Assembly: GCA_039091735.1 (NCBI GenBank) | Contig: JAWCLB010000001.1 | Location: forward strand, 721-64,720 | Direction: 5' to 3' | From: Candidatus Aenigmatarchaeota archaeon | GTDB lineage: Archaea > Aenigmatarchaeota > Aenigmatarchaeia > GW2011-AR5 > JAHLMP01 | DNA: 64,000 nt | Shown: positions 1 through 8,990 of the stretch, piece by piece | Position numbering within the stretch: position 1 is the stretch's first letter | How the letters are laid out: each line of letters starts with the position of its first letter | Notes under the pieces: model-generated | What the model was told of the DNA's origin: nothing | Databases searched by the model: none | What the model saw: only the letters and a program-made list of their open reading frames with translations | Translations under genes and position numbers: made by a program

Positions 1-344
1 TCAGGTGGATAAGGGAGAATTTGGGCAGAGAAACCCCACTCCATTTTTCAGCATACTATCCTGCATATAAGATGACCGCTCCACCAACACCTGTAGAAAC
101 CCTTGAAAAAGCTGCTAAAATAGCAGATGAATATCTAGATTATGTTTATATAGGAAATGTTAGGCATGAAAGAGAAAATACCTTTTGTCCTAAATGCAAG
201 ACAATGCTCATAAAGAGGATTGGCTTTTTTGTTGAGAAATTTTATCTGAAAAGAAAAAATTCTAAATTCCTTTGCCCTAATTGTGGGCATAGTATACCAA
301 TAGCAGGAGCTAAATGGATAGAAAAGTTAAGCAAAGCGCACTAA
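1..344 (+). CDS. Radical SAM enzyme, C-terminal fragment (AmmeMemoRadiSam-system type), 5'-truncated by the window edge
   Basis: The C-terminal motif 'PLHFSAYYPAYKM' and the two CxxC pairs (CPKC...CPNC) are typical of the AMMECR1/MEMO-associated radical SAM family. The ORF runs to the window start. Confidence 0.55.
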   Translation, partial: RWIRENLGRETPLHFSAYYPAYKMTAPPTPVETLEKAAKIADEYLDYVYIGNVRHERENTFCPKCKTMLIKRIGFFVEKFYLKRKNSKFLCPNCGHSIPIAGAKWIEKLSKAH

Positions 345-788
345 ATTAAAAATACCAAGGGAAAGTATGCTAACTATTGCTCCTGCTATAATTACCCCTA
401 AGAGAATTGCCAAAAAACTTTTCTTCCACTCAAGCCTAAGAAGCCATGCCAAAACACTTCCTGTCCATGCACCTGTGAATGGAAATGGCACTGCCACAAA
501 TAATGCAAGACCTATTATGCCGTACTTTTCTATTTTATCCTTGCTTTTACTGATTCTTTTCAGGTTTTTTTGCACTATTTCTATCTTATAAAGGAATTTA
601 TCATAAAATAAATTCAAACCAAAATAAACAGGAAAGAAAACCAAAGAATTGAAAATAATGGCTGTAATAATTACAAAAAGGGGATTAAGACCCAATACCA
701 TTCCTAAGGGAATTCCTCCCCTAAGCTCGCTTATCGGAAGAATGCTAGCAATTATTATTGCGATGGTTTCATTGATTCCATTGGTCAT
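327..788 (-). CDS. Small multidrug-export-like integral membrane protein (COG2426-like)
   Basis: 153 aa with four predicted TM helices and an 'ELRGGIPLG' motif typical of the Sm_multidrug_ex family. Confidence 0.45.
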   Translation of the reverse strand: MTNGINETIAIIIASILPISELRGGIPLGMVLGLNPLFVIITAIIFNSLVFFPVYFGLNLFYDKFLYKIEIVQKNLKRISKSKDKIEKYGIIGLALFVAVPFPFTGAWTGSVLAWLLRLEWKKSFLAILLGVIIAGAIVSILSLGIFNLVRFA

Positions 789-795
789 ACAATCC

Positions 796-1254
796 CTAAA
801 CGAAATTAATTTTATAATATATTATATTTTTCATGTTTTTATCAAATAAGAATTCGGCATTGAATCTCTTTCCCTCCAAAACATATGGAAGCCAAATTGC
901 ATCATCTGGCCACATCTCGTGATAGGGTATGGAATCTATAGAAAACCATCTCAATTCTCCCTCTTCTCCTTGTTTGACCTCTCCCTCAAAATCCCTTGCT
1001 GAAAAAAGATAAACTATGCCAAAGATGTTTTCATAACTACCTTGATAAAAGATTATACTTCCGTGCATTTTAGGATCTTTTATTTTTATTCCTGCTTCTT
1101 CGTTCACTTCTCTTAGCACATTATCTATTGGACTTTCTCCCCTTTCTATCTTTCCTCCAAGGCCATTCCACTTTCCCTTGCTAACACCCCTGCTTGCTCT
1201 TTTCAGCAGGATCTTATCTTCGCTTATTATCTCACAAAGGGTTGCATAAAACAT
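796..1254 (-). CDS. NUDIX hydrolase
   Basis: Canonical Nudix box GGKIERGESPIDNVLREVNEEAGI (GX5EX7REUXEEXGU). Confidence 0.8.
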   Translation of the reverse strand: MFYATLCEIISEDKILLKRASRGVSKGKWNGLGGKIERGESPIDNVLREVNEEAGIKIKDPKMHGSIIFYQGSYENIFGIVYLFSARDFEGEVKQGEEGELRWFSIDSIPYHEMWPDDAIWLPYVLEGKRFNAEFLFDKNMKNIIYYKINFV

Positions 1255-1255
1255 A

Positions 1256-1351
1256 TGGACCGAGGGGGATTCTCGTAGTTTTTATTTCTTAAATTCGAAC
1301 CCCCAACCTCCGCCCTGCCGAAGCGGTGTCCTACCATTAGACTATCGGCCC
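1256..1351 (-). tRNA. tRNA-Ala (anticodon GGC) with a ~24-nt intron in the T loop (position 59/60 or 60/61)
   Basis: The reverse complement folds as a cloverleaf: acceptor GGGCCGA/TCGGTCC with a G3:U70 pair (the Ala identity element) and A73. D arm GTCT/GGAC; anticodon stem CCGCT/GGCGG with loop TCGGCAG; T stem GGGGG/CCCCC. The T loop TTCGAAT is interrupted by TTAAGAAATAAAAACTACGAGAA (plus coords ~1270-1293). Position 33 is C rather than U, which is atypical. Confidence 0.6.
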
Positions 1352-1768
1352 TTTTTATCTTCATTCTTATCACAAATTTTAAATAGTATAAAAAAGAGCT
1401 ATAGAAAATATTTTGCTGAAACCTCTTATTTTATAGTAAATAATATCTAGTGGATAATTTCTACAGCAAATTGTTCTTTAACATAGCCAGAAAAATAAGT
1501 AAATAGATGTTAGTTCTTAACGAAATAACAAAGATCATTTGGGAATATGATTAGCAAGATGAAAAAATTATATGAAAAGCGCGCATCTTGATATAGATGC
1601 TTATGAATTTTAAAAAACAACAAAAGAATGGATAGATGCTATAATATTGGCTTGCAGAGTTTTATCCTGAAAGACAAAAATTAATACTAATTTATCCCCT
1701 AGTTGAAAATAGCATAATTAATTGTTGATACTATAAAAAGTATTAGAAAGGTTTTTGCTTGTTAAATG

Positions 1769-2236
1769 TTACTTAAACCTTTTAATAACCTGTTTTATAT
1801 TTCCTATTTTATTTTTTATGATGATTGCCTTTATCTCGTCGCTAAGTTCTTTTTCATCGACAAGCTTATCTACTTTATTGAATAGTGGTCTTACCTTCTG
1901 AAATGCAAAGATAGCACTTGCCAGTGCATCCCTTTCATGCCTATTTTTAATTCTTTGTTTGCATCTTCTCACAAGTCTATTTTTCTTTTTTAGGCTCATG
2001 CTCTTATTGGGTGTTATCAGTTTTGCATTAAATATGCTCGCTAATTTTTTGGCGATTTGCGGTGGTCGATGGACATCACAGCTCATAATTATCGGTTCGC
2101 CTTTTTCTGTTATAAATTCGATTATCTCATCTTTTGAAAAGTTTCTTTTGCTTTTTACTTCAACAAAATCCAGCTTTAAATCAATCAAAGAAATCGCAGT
2201 AACAACACCAGGATCAATACCCACTATGAGCTTCAA
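1769..2236 (-). CDS. DUF460-like / RNase H-fold (YqgF/RuvC-like) small archaeal protein
   Basis: N-terminus 'MKLIVGIDPGVVTAISLIDL' resembles the GIDPG start of RuvC/YqgF-fold proteins. Size and basic C-terminus match archaeal DUF460. Confidence 0.4.
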   Translation of the reverse strand: MKLIVGIDPGVVTAISLIDLKLDFVEVKSKRNFSKDEIIEFITEKGEPIIMSCDVHRPPQIAKKLASIFNAKLITPNKSMSLKKKNRLVRRCKQRIKNRHERDALASAIFAFQKVRPLFNKVDKLVDEKELSDEIKAIIIKNKIGNIKQVIKRFK

Positions 2237-2240
2237 CCTA

Positions 2241-2654
2241 TCACCTTATGCCCTTTATTATCGATTTATTCCCAAACTTCCATACGATAACCTCTCCTCC
2301 TTCTATTATTTTATCTTTAAACTCATCTGGTATACTTACTTCATAAGTAGAGTAGTCCTCCATATCCATCAGTTGAGCACTGTTACCAGTTATAGAGAGA
2401 ACCTGTGCATTTTTTTTCTGGATTATTGGAACTTTTAAATTATGATCAGCTGGTTTGACAATAACCCTTTTTTGACCATCAAATATTCCAATACCCTCTA
2501 ATCTTGCTTTAGCCTCTCCGTGTTTTCCTGGTTTTGAAATTTTTAAATCTGTGACAGTAGATGGTTCATCTTCGATTAAAACAAAAGAACCTGGTCTACA
2601 CTTCTTGATTTCCAATAGTTTAGTTTCTGTAGGCTCCATATAATCACATATCAA
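2241..2654 (-). CDS. eif5a: Translation initiation factor 5A (aIF-5A)
   Basis: Hypusine-loop motif 'SKPGKHGEAKARL' (compare STSKTGKHGHAK) and a 137-aa length. Confidence 0.9.
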   Translation of the reverse strand: MICDYMEPTETKLLEIKKCRPGSFVLIEDEPSTVTDLKISKPGKHGEAKARLEGIGIFDGQKRVIVKPADHNLKVPIIQKKNAQVLSITGNSAQLMDMEDYSTYEVSIPDEFKDKIIEGGEVIVWKFGNKSIIKGIR

Positions 2655-2655
2655 T

Positions 2656-4053
2656 TTAAATTTTTAATCTGTTTTTTAGTCCATCTCCAGCTATTATACC
2701 GAATACAGCTGCACCAACAATTCCCCTACTCCATCCGACACCATCGCCAGCAACATAAATGTTTGTGTGCCCATCTTTTTCAGATAATGCCTCCATGCTT
2801 TTGTCTATAACCTCTATTCTCCTTGGATAAAATTTAACTTCAGGAGCATATAAAAAGGTTTCCCTCTCTGGTAATGATATGAGCTTATCTATCTTTTTAA
2901 GCCCGTTCTTTATATCTTCTATAATCCTTCCTGGCATCGCAAGGGTTATATCTCCTGGGACAACATCTTTGAGTGTAGGTTCACCAGAGCTTTCATTGTA
3001 AATTCTTTCCCATGTGCTTCTTCTACCTAACTTTAAATCAATTAATCTCTGTATTATTGGTTTCCTTTCTCCAATTGTGTTTGCCTGTTTCAAAATAGTC
3101 ATTCCATATTCCAGTGTATCAGAAAATGGTTTTGTCAGCTCTATTGTAGCTAAAAGTGCAAAATTAGTGTACATGGACTTCTTTCTACCCTCTTTAAAGC
3201 AATGCCCATTAACATTGATATATCCATTTATTCTTTCTGTTATTACAAACCCTTGCCTATTTGTACAAAATGTTCTGACTTTATCCCTATGTGGGTCTGG
3301 CCAACATATCAGTTTTGGGTCATATATTTCATCTGGTATAGCATCAACAAATATATCATAAGGCAATTCAACCCTAACGCCAACGTCTAATGGCAAATGC
3401 CTTGTCTTAAGACAAAGTTTTTTGGCTTGTTCTGTTGTCCATGTTGACATGCTTCTTCCTGGACAAAGAATTATAAACTTTGTTTTTATATCACCTTTCG
3501 TAGAGTTCAAAACAAAGCTGTCTTCTTTATTTATATCTTTTATTTCTGTTTCTGTCAAGAAGCTGATGCCATTATCTTCTATATCTTTTTTCATAGCCTT
3601 TATTATCTTTGCTGCATTTTCTGTTCCCACATGTTTTTGTACTGATTTTAGAAATATTATGTCGTGTTTTCTTGCTTCTGTAACAAGTCTTGTTGCAGAC
3701 TCTCCGCCATCGCTCCCCTCTTTTGGAACTCCATATGATATAAAAATCTCGTCACATCTCTTGATGTATTTTTCAAGCTCCTGAATTGAAAAGATATTGT
3801 CTTTGTACATTCCTATATGTGGTGATAGATTCAACTTAAAATCAGTGAATGCACCAGCACCGCCTACACCATGGGTTATGTCACATGGACTGCAACCAAT
3901 GCAATCTCCATTGTTATGGACATTGCATCTCCTCTTTTCAATGTCTTTTCCCATCTCAACTACAACTATATCTAATTTAGAATTAGCAAGAGTTTTTGCA
4001 GCGAATAGGCCTGCTGGTCCTGCGCCAATTATTACAACATCAAATTTATCCAT
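2656..4053 (-). CDS. FAD-dependent oxidoreductase (COG2509-like)
   Basis: N-terminal Rossmann motif VVIIGAGPAGLFAA plus a CxxxxCIGCSPC motif. The 465-aa length matches the uncharacterised FAD-dependent dehydrogenase family. Confidence 0.7.
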   Translation of the reverse strand: MDKFDVVIIGAGPAGLFAAKTLANSKLDIVVVEMGKDIEKRRCNVHNNGDCIGCSPCDITHGVGGAGAFTDFKLNLSPHIGMYKDNIFSIQELEKYIKRCDEIFISYGVPKEGSDGGESATRLVTEARKHDIIFLKSVQKHVGTENAAKIIKAMKKDIEDNGISFLTETEIKDINKEDSFVLNSTKGDIKTKFIILCPGRSMSTWTTEQAKKLCLKTRHLPLDVGVRVELPYDIFVDAIPDEIYDPKLICWPDPHRDKVRTFCTNRQGFVITERINGYINVNGHCFKEGRKKSMYTNFALLATIELTKPFSDTLEYGMTILKQANTIGERKPIIQRLIDLKLGRRSTWERIYNESSGEPTLKDVVPGDITLAMPGRIIEDIKNGLKKIDKLISLPERETFLYAPEVKFYPRRIEVIDKSMEALSEKDGHTNIYVAGDGVGWSRGIVGAAVFGIIAGDGLKNRLKI

Positions 4054-4070
4054 TCCAGAATTTATTAGAA

Positions 4071-5339
4071 TTAAGACTTTTTATTTTTATTTAGCATGTC
4101 TATTATCTCTTTAGCCCTTGTTACATTAATATTTTCCTCTTTTATCATAATCTCGGCTACCTTATCTACAATCTCGCTGGTTGCGCCTGCCATTATTGCA
4201 ATGTTCTTTGCATGAAGCTTCATATGTCCCTTTTGTATACCTTCTGTCGATAGGGCACGCAAAGCAGCAAAGTTCTGAGCAAGGCCAACGCTTGCCATAA
4301 CCTCTGCAAGCTCTCTTGCACTCTTCACACCCAATATCTTTATAGCTATCTTTGCTATTGGGTTTGTCCTTGTTGCTCCACCAACTATGGCAGCAGCAAT
4401 AGGAAGTTCTATCTCTCCTATCAAATCTCCTTCATTGTCTTTTTCGTATTTAGTTAATGGAAGATATTTTCCAGAAAGCGATGCATAAGTATGAGCACCT
4501 GCCTCTATTGCACGAAAGTCGTTACCTGTTGCTATTGCAACTGCATCTATCCCATTCATTATTCCTTTGTTGTGAGTTGCGCATCTATAAGCATCTGCTA
4601 ATGCAAAGGCATATGCATCTAGAACTCCCTCTACAACATCTTCACCAACAACATCTCTTCTCCATACAGCCTTTGCTTTTGCTATCCTCTTTGTTGCAAG
4701 ATTTGACACTATTCTCAGTCTTACTTTGCCATGAGTTATTTCGGCAATCCTAGGAGCAATAGCCTCGCACATTGTATTAACTATGTTTGCACCCATCGCA
4801 TCTCTTACATCAACTATTAGATGAATAATGATCATTCTCCCTCTTATAGTATCCAAACTCTTTACTTCTATATCTCTTGCTCCACCGCCATAGGTTATTA
4901 ATCTTGGGTCTTTCTCATTAGCAATTCTCAGAAGCTCTTCTTTATTTTCTATTATCCTGCTTTTTGCCTCATCTCTATTCTTAACATTAACAACTTGGAT
5001 TTGACCTATCATCAATTGGTCTTTAGATTCTGCCGTGAATCCTCCACCAGGTCTCGCAAGCTTTGCAGCATAGCTTGCAGCTGCAACAACGCTCGGCTCC
5101 TCTAAAGCCATTGGCACAAGATAATCTTTATTATTAATCAAAAAATTTGTAGCTATTCCTATTGGCAATTGCTGTGTACCTATAACATTCTCTATCATTC
5201 GATTTGCTGTCTCGATATCTAAAGCTCCTGTTCTCTTTAGTATTTTTACTTCCTCTTCGTTCAAATTTGCAAACTCTTTAACAATTTTTATTCTTTCTTC
5301 TACTGACAACTTGTAAAAGCCTGTAATATCAGACCCCAT
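4071..5339 (-). CDS. hmgA: HMG-CoA reductase, class II
   Basis: Motifs EEPSVVAAAS, DAMGANIVNTMCE and ATGNDFRAIEAGAHTYA. The ~422-aa length is typical of class II HMGR. Confidence 0.9.
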   Translation of the reverse strand: MGSDITGFYKLSVEERIKIVKEFANLNEEEVKILKRTGALDIETANRMIENVIGTQQLPIGIATNFLINNKDYLVPMALEEPSVVAAASYAAKLARPGGGFTAESKDQLMIGQIQVVNVKNRDEAKSRIIENKEELLRIANEKDPRLITYGGGARDIEVKSLDTIRGRMIIIHLIVDVRDAMGANIVNTMCEAIAPRIAEITHGKVRLRIVSNLATKRIAKAKAVWRRDVVGEDVVEGVLDAYAFALADAYRCATHNKGIMNGIDAVAIATGNDFRAIEAGAHTYASLSGKYLPLTKYEKDNEGDLIGEIELPIAAAIVGGATRTNPIAKIAIKILGVKSARELAEVMASVGLAQNFAALRALSTEGIQKGHMKLHAKNIAIMAGATSEIVDKVAEIMIKEENINVTRAKEIIDMLNKNKKS

Positions 5340-5760
5340 GATAAATAAAGAAAACGAGGTAAATTTAAATGCTTAACATCATAATTAAGATAATTTGTGA
5401 AGTAAATTTTTTGGGAAAATTCACAAGGTTTTCATTATTTACTATTATAATATTTTTATAATAAAAATTCTGAAGCAAAGAGATAAATAAATCATTTATT
5501 TTAGCAAATTAAATTTTGATGCTGTAATTAATGAAGCCCTAAAATACAAATCATAATTCTTGCAGATAACGAAAGAATTCTAAGAAGATAACAAAATTGT
5601 ATTAAATGATTGGTTTATAATGTTTGTTTAAATAGTAGATATCTCTTAAAAATGTGGCTACATACGATAATTACATGAAAACGCTCCTTGCAACCACATC
5701 ACAATGTTGTACGCATTCAAAAGAACAATTTTAAATATCTTCTAATATTACAGAAATCTT

Positions 5761-7332
5761 ATGAAAATTGTAACATGTGCATTGCCCTATGCAAATGGAG
5801 AACTGCATATAGGACATATCGCATCTACGTATCTACCTGCTGACATTTTTGTGAGATTTCTTAGGGCAAAAGGAGAGAAGGTGATATTTGCCTGTGCAAC
5901 AGATGACTTTGGTACACCTATTTTAATTAAGGCTGAGGAGGAGAAAAAAACGCCAGAGGATTATGTTGCTTATTGGCACAAGAGAGATGAAGAAGATTTC
6001 ACAAAGCTTGGCATAATTTATGATATCTTTTATAAAACAAGCTCAAAAGAAAACATCGAGCTTGCTAGACACTTTTTTGATGTCTTGCATAAGAATGGCT
6101 TCATTTATAAAAGGGTTATCCAGCAACAATATTGCAACAGATGCAAAAGATTCCTTCCGGACAGATATATCAAAGGAATTTGCCCTTATTGCAATGCCAA
6201 AAATCAATATTCAGACAGTTGTGAAAGCTGCGGAAGGGTTATTCCAGCAGGCGAGATAAGAGAACCAAGATGTGCAGTATGTGGTGCAGAACCAATAACA
6301 AAAACAAGTGAGCATTATTTCTTTAAACTTTCTGCATTTTCTAATGATTTGAGAGCTTGGTTAGAAAACAACAAAAACATTCAAGACGACGTTAAAAAAT
6401 ATGTATTAGGATGGATTGATGAGGGGCTTAAAGACTGGGATATCACAAGAGATATCTCATGGGGTGTTCCAATAGATAATGGAAAGGTGCTATATGGTTG
6501 GTTTGATAATCATCTCTGCTACATCTCAACCGTATTAAAATATTGTTCTGACAACGGACTTAACGGAAGAGAAATCTGGAACTCATCGATAATTTACCAT
6601 TTCATTGGAAAGGATATAATATATCATCATTACTTGTTTCTCCCAGCAATGCGTTTGGGTGTGAAGGAATTCAAGTTGCCGGATTTCATCCCAGTAAGAG
6701 GGCATCTCTTGTACGAGGGAAAAAAGATCTCAAAGAGTAGAGGGTGGTACATAGGTGTTAGAGATTTTTTGAATAAATTTCCACCAGATTATCTAAGATA
6801 TTATCTCTCTATTATTACACAATATAGCCAAGGGGATGCAAACTTTGACTGGAAATCATTTAAAGAAAGAATAAATGATGAGCTGGTTGCAAACATGGGT
6901 AACTTTGTTTATAGGGCTCTAAGTTTTATCTGGACAAAAAGTGACAAAAGGGTACCAGAACCAGAAAACTATGACGAATTGGACAAGCACTTCGAAAAGG
7001 AGATTATATCAATTGCTAATAATGTCGCTAAAGACATAGAAAAATTGGAATTAGATAAGGGTCTGAGAAAGATTATGGAATTCTCATCTCTCTGCAACCA
7101 ATATTTCCAGCAAAAAAGGCCTTGGCACGAAGACCCAAAAACATGTCTATATCTAAGTGCAAATGCTGTAAGGGTTTTAGCTGTTATAATTGAACCATAT
7201 CTGCCATTCTCTTCTGAAAGATTGTTCAGGCAATTGAATTTGAGCAAGCAAGGCTGGATAACAGCGAATAAGCTTTTAGTTAAGCCAAATCATGAAATAA
7301 ATAAACCCGAGCCATTATTCGAAAAGGTGTAA
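5761..7332 (+). CDS. metG: Methionyl-tRNA synthetase (short form, no C-terminal tRNA-binding domain)
   Basis: HIGH motif 'PYANGELHIGH', KMSKS-like 'KISKSRGW', and a Zn knuckle CPYC..CESC. Confidence 0.9.
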   Translation: MKIVTCALPYANGELHIGHIASTYLPADIFVRFLRAKGEKVIFACATDDFGTPILIKAEEEKKTPEDYVAYWHKRDEEDFTKLGIIYDIFYKTSSKENIELARHFFDVLHKNGFIYKRVIQQQYCNRCKRFLPDRYIKGICPYCNAKNQYSDSCESCGRVIPAGEIREPRCAVCGAEPITKTSEHYFFKLSAFSNDLRAWLENNKNIQDDVKKYVLGWIDEGLKDWDITRDISWGVPIDNGKVLYGWFDNHLCYISTVLKYCSDNGLNGREIWNSSIIYHFIGKDIIYHHYLFLPAMRLGVKEFKLPDFIPVRGHLLYEGKKISKSRGWYIGVRDFLNKFPPDYLRYYLSIITQYSQGDANFDWKSFKERINDELVANMGNFVYRALSFIWTKSDKRVPEPENYDELDKHFEKEIISIANNVAKDIEKLELDKGLRKIMEFSSLCNQYFQQKRPWHEDPKTCLYLSANAVRVLAVIIEPYLPFSSERLFRQLNLSKQGWITANKLLVKPNHEINKPEPLFEKV

Positions 7333-7333
7333 A

Positions 7334-7717
7334 CTACTTGAAGATTTTATCAAATTCTATGCCGTTTTTCTCATAAAATTTCTTTCCTATCCTACCGCGA
7401 TTTTTTATCACATCTTCCAGCGGTATAAACCTCCATCCCTTTCGTGACATTCTCCATGCTATATATACCATGGCTTTTGCTCTTTTCTTCCATGCCTTTA
7501 ACTGACCTATCTGATCTTTATCAACTGTAAAGCCATCTTCTCTTGATTTACATTCTATAACAATTAGCCTTCTGTTTTTTACTGCAATTATGTCTGGTGA
7601 TGGCAGGCCTATTCTTCCTGAGCGCGGGCTTCTAATGGCTAAGAATCCACTTTTGTAAATTTTATGGAGCAGCTCCCACTCTGCCCTGTAGCCTTTTTTA
7701 TATTTTGAAATTGTCAT
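7334..7717 (-). CDS. hjc: Holliday junction resolvase Hjc
   Basis: 127 aa with the archaeal Hjc signature 'GYRAEWELLHKIYKSGF...IECKSRED' (catalytic E-x-K). Confidence 0.85.
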   Translation of the reverse strand: MTISKYKKGYRAEWELLHKIYKSGFLAIRSPRSGRIGLPSPDIIAVKNRRLIVIECKSREDGFTVDKDQIGQLKAWKKRAKAMVYIAWRMSRKGWRFIPLEDVIKNRGRIGKKFYEKNGIEFDKIFK

Positions 7718-8023
7718 CTCTATACACTTATTGTAAGCAACTCATAATCTTAATTTATTGTTTAAGGTGTATTTATAAGATTATAGTCAAAGACCTTCTT
7801 TATAGCTCGTTATCCACAATATTTCTCGTATTTGCAAAACTTATAGATTGTATGATAAACAAATGTGACAGCATATGAATACTGACTCTCATATTTGTTA
7901 GATGCTACTCACAAATAGCTTTTGAATTGATTAATTCAATATCTAAAAGTTATAAATATGTCATCGACAATTTTAGAATAGCACTAAATAGATTTATAAA
8001 TCGAAGGCAATAAGTGAATTTAT

Positions 8024-8554
8024 ATGAGAATGACAGCTCTTGTAAAAGATGTGATGAGAAAGCGTATCAAAACTATAAAGGATACTGCGTCTGTAAAAGC
8101 TGCTGCAAGGATAATGGAGAAGAATAGAATAGGTTCTGTTGTGGTATTGAAGAAAAATAAGATAGTTGGAATTGTAACAAAGACTGATATAGTCTACAAG
8201 CACGTGGCCAAAGGAAAAAGAACACTAAAGGAAATTATGACAAAAAGGCCAATAAAAATCTCTTCAAACAAAACCATAGAAGAAGCAGCAAAAACCATGA
8301 CTGAAAATAATATAGAAAAGCTCTTGGTTTTTGATAAGGGCAAGGTAGTTGGTATAATCTCTATTACAGACATACTAAAGGTTGAACCTGCGTTGTTTAC
8401 AATCCTGCTTGAAAGATTAAGACAAAAGGGGCCTGTACTTGAGAGTCAAGAGCCAATGTTTGGGGTTTGTGAAGCTTGTGGAAATTATTCTGATGAGCTT
8501 CGCGAAGTTAATGGGTTGTGGGTTTGCCCTTCTTGTGCAGAATCTAAAGAATAA
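8024..8554 (+). CDS. CBS-domain pair protein with C-terminal zinc ribbon
   Basis: Two CBS repeats (GSVVVLKKNKIVGIVTKTDI / EKLLVFDKGKVVGIISITDI) and a C-terminal CEACG...CPSC motif. Confidence 0.7.
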   Translation: MRMTALVKDVMRKRIKTIKDTASVKAAARIMEKNRIGSVVVLKKNKIVGIVTKTDIVYKHVAKGKRTLKEIMTKRPIKISSNKTIEEAAKTMTENNIEKLLVFDKGKVVGIISITDILKVEPALFTILLERLRQKGPVLESQEPMFGVCEACGNYSDELREVNGLWVCPSCAESKE

Positions 8555-8579
8555 ATAAAAATCTTCTTAATATATATTC

Positions 8580-8990
8580 ATGGTAGAAACAATAGAAGAA
8601 ACCTTCTATGAAAAAATGCTTCATAAAAAGTCTGAAAATTTTGTTTCTGTTGCCTTTGAAATCAAAAATTTTATATCAAACTTAGGAAAAATAATCGAAA
8701 AAGAAAACAGAATGTTTGGGTCTGGAAGTGGAAGTGCATTGCACCTATCTTTTGATGTAGTTAAGGATATAGATGGTGTTTCATGTATAATTTTTTCTTT
8801 CGATATTTTTGGTGAAGAAAAAAGACTAAAGATAAATATTAGAGGATATTTGAGGACAGAATTGAAACCCGAAAGATTGTTTAACGAATACTATAGTGAA
8901 GTGCTTTATCCAAGTGTCTCACTAAGAGTAAAGGATGAGATAAAAAGAATTGGCAAAGAAATAGAAAAAAAGATAGAAAGTCTTAGCTAA
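8580..8990 (+). CDS. Hypothetical protein
   Basis: 136-aa ORF with coding-like composition. No recognisable motif. Confidence 0.35.
   Translation: MVETIEETFYEKMLHKKSENFVSVAFEIKNFISNLGKIIEKENRMFGSGSGSALHLSFDVVKDIDGVSCIIFSFDIFGEEKRLKINIRGYLRTELKPERLFNEYYSEVLYPSVSLRVKDEIKRIGKEIEKKIESLS

Noticed and set aside
1959-2438. 159-aa plus-strand ORF overlapping the DUF460-like and aIF5A genes
   Set aside because: Antisense to two well-supported genes. Leu/Phe/Ser-rich shadow ORF.
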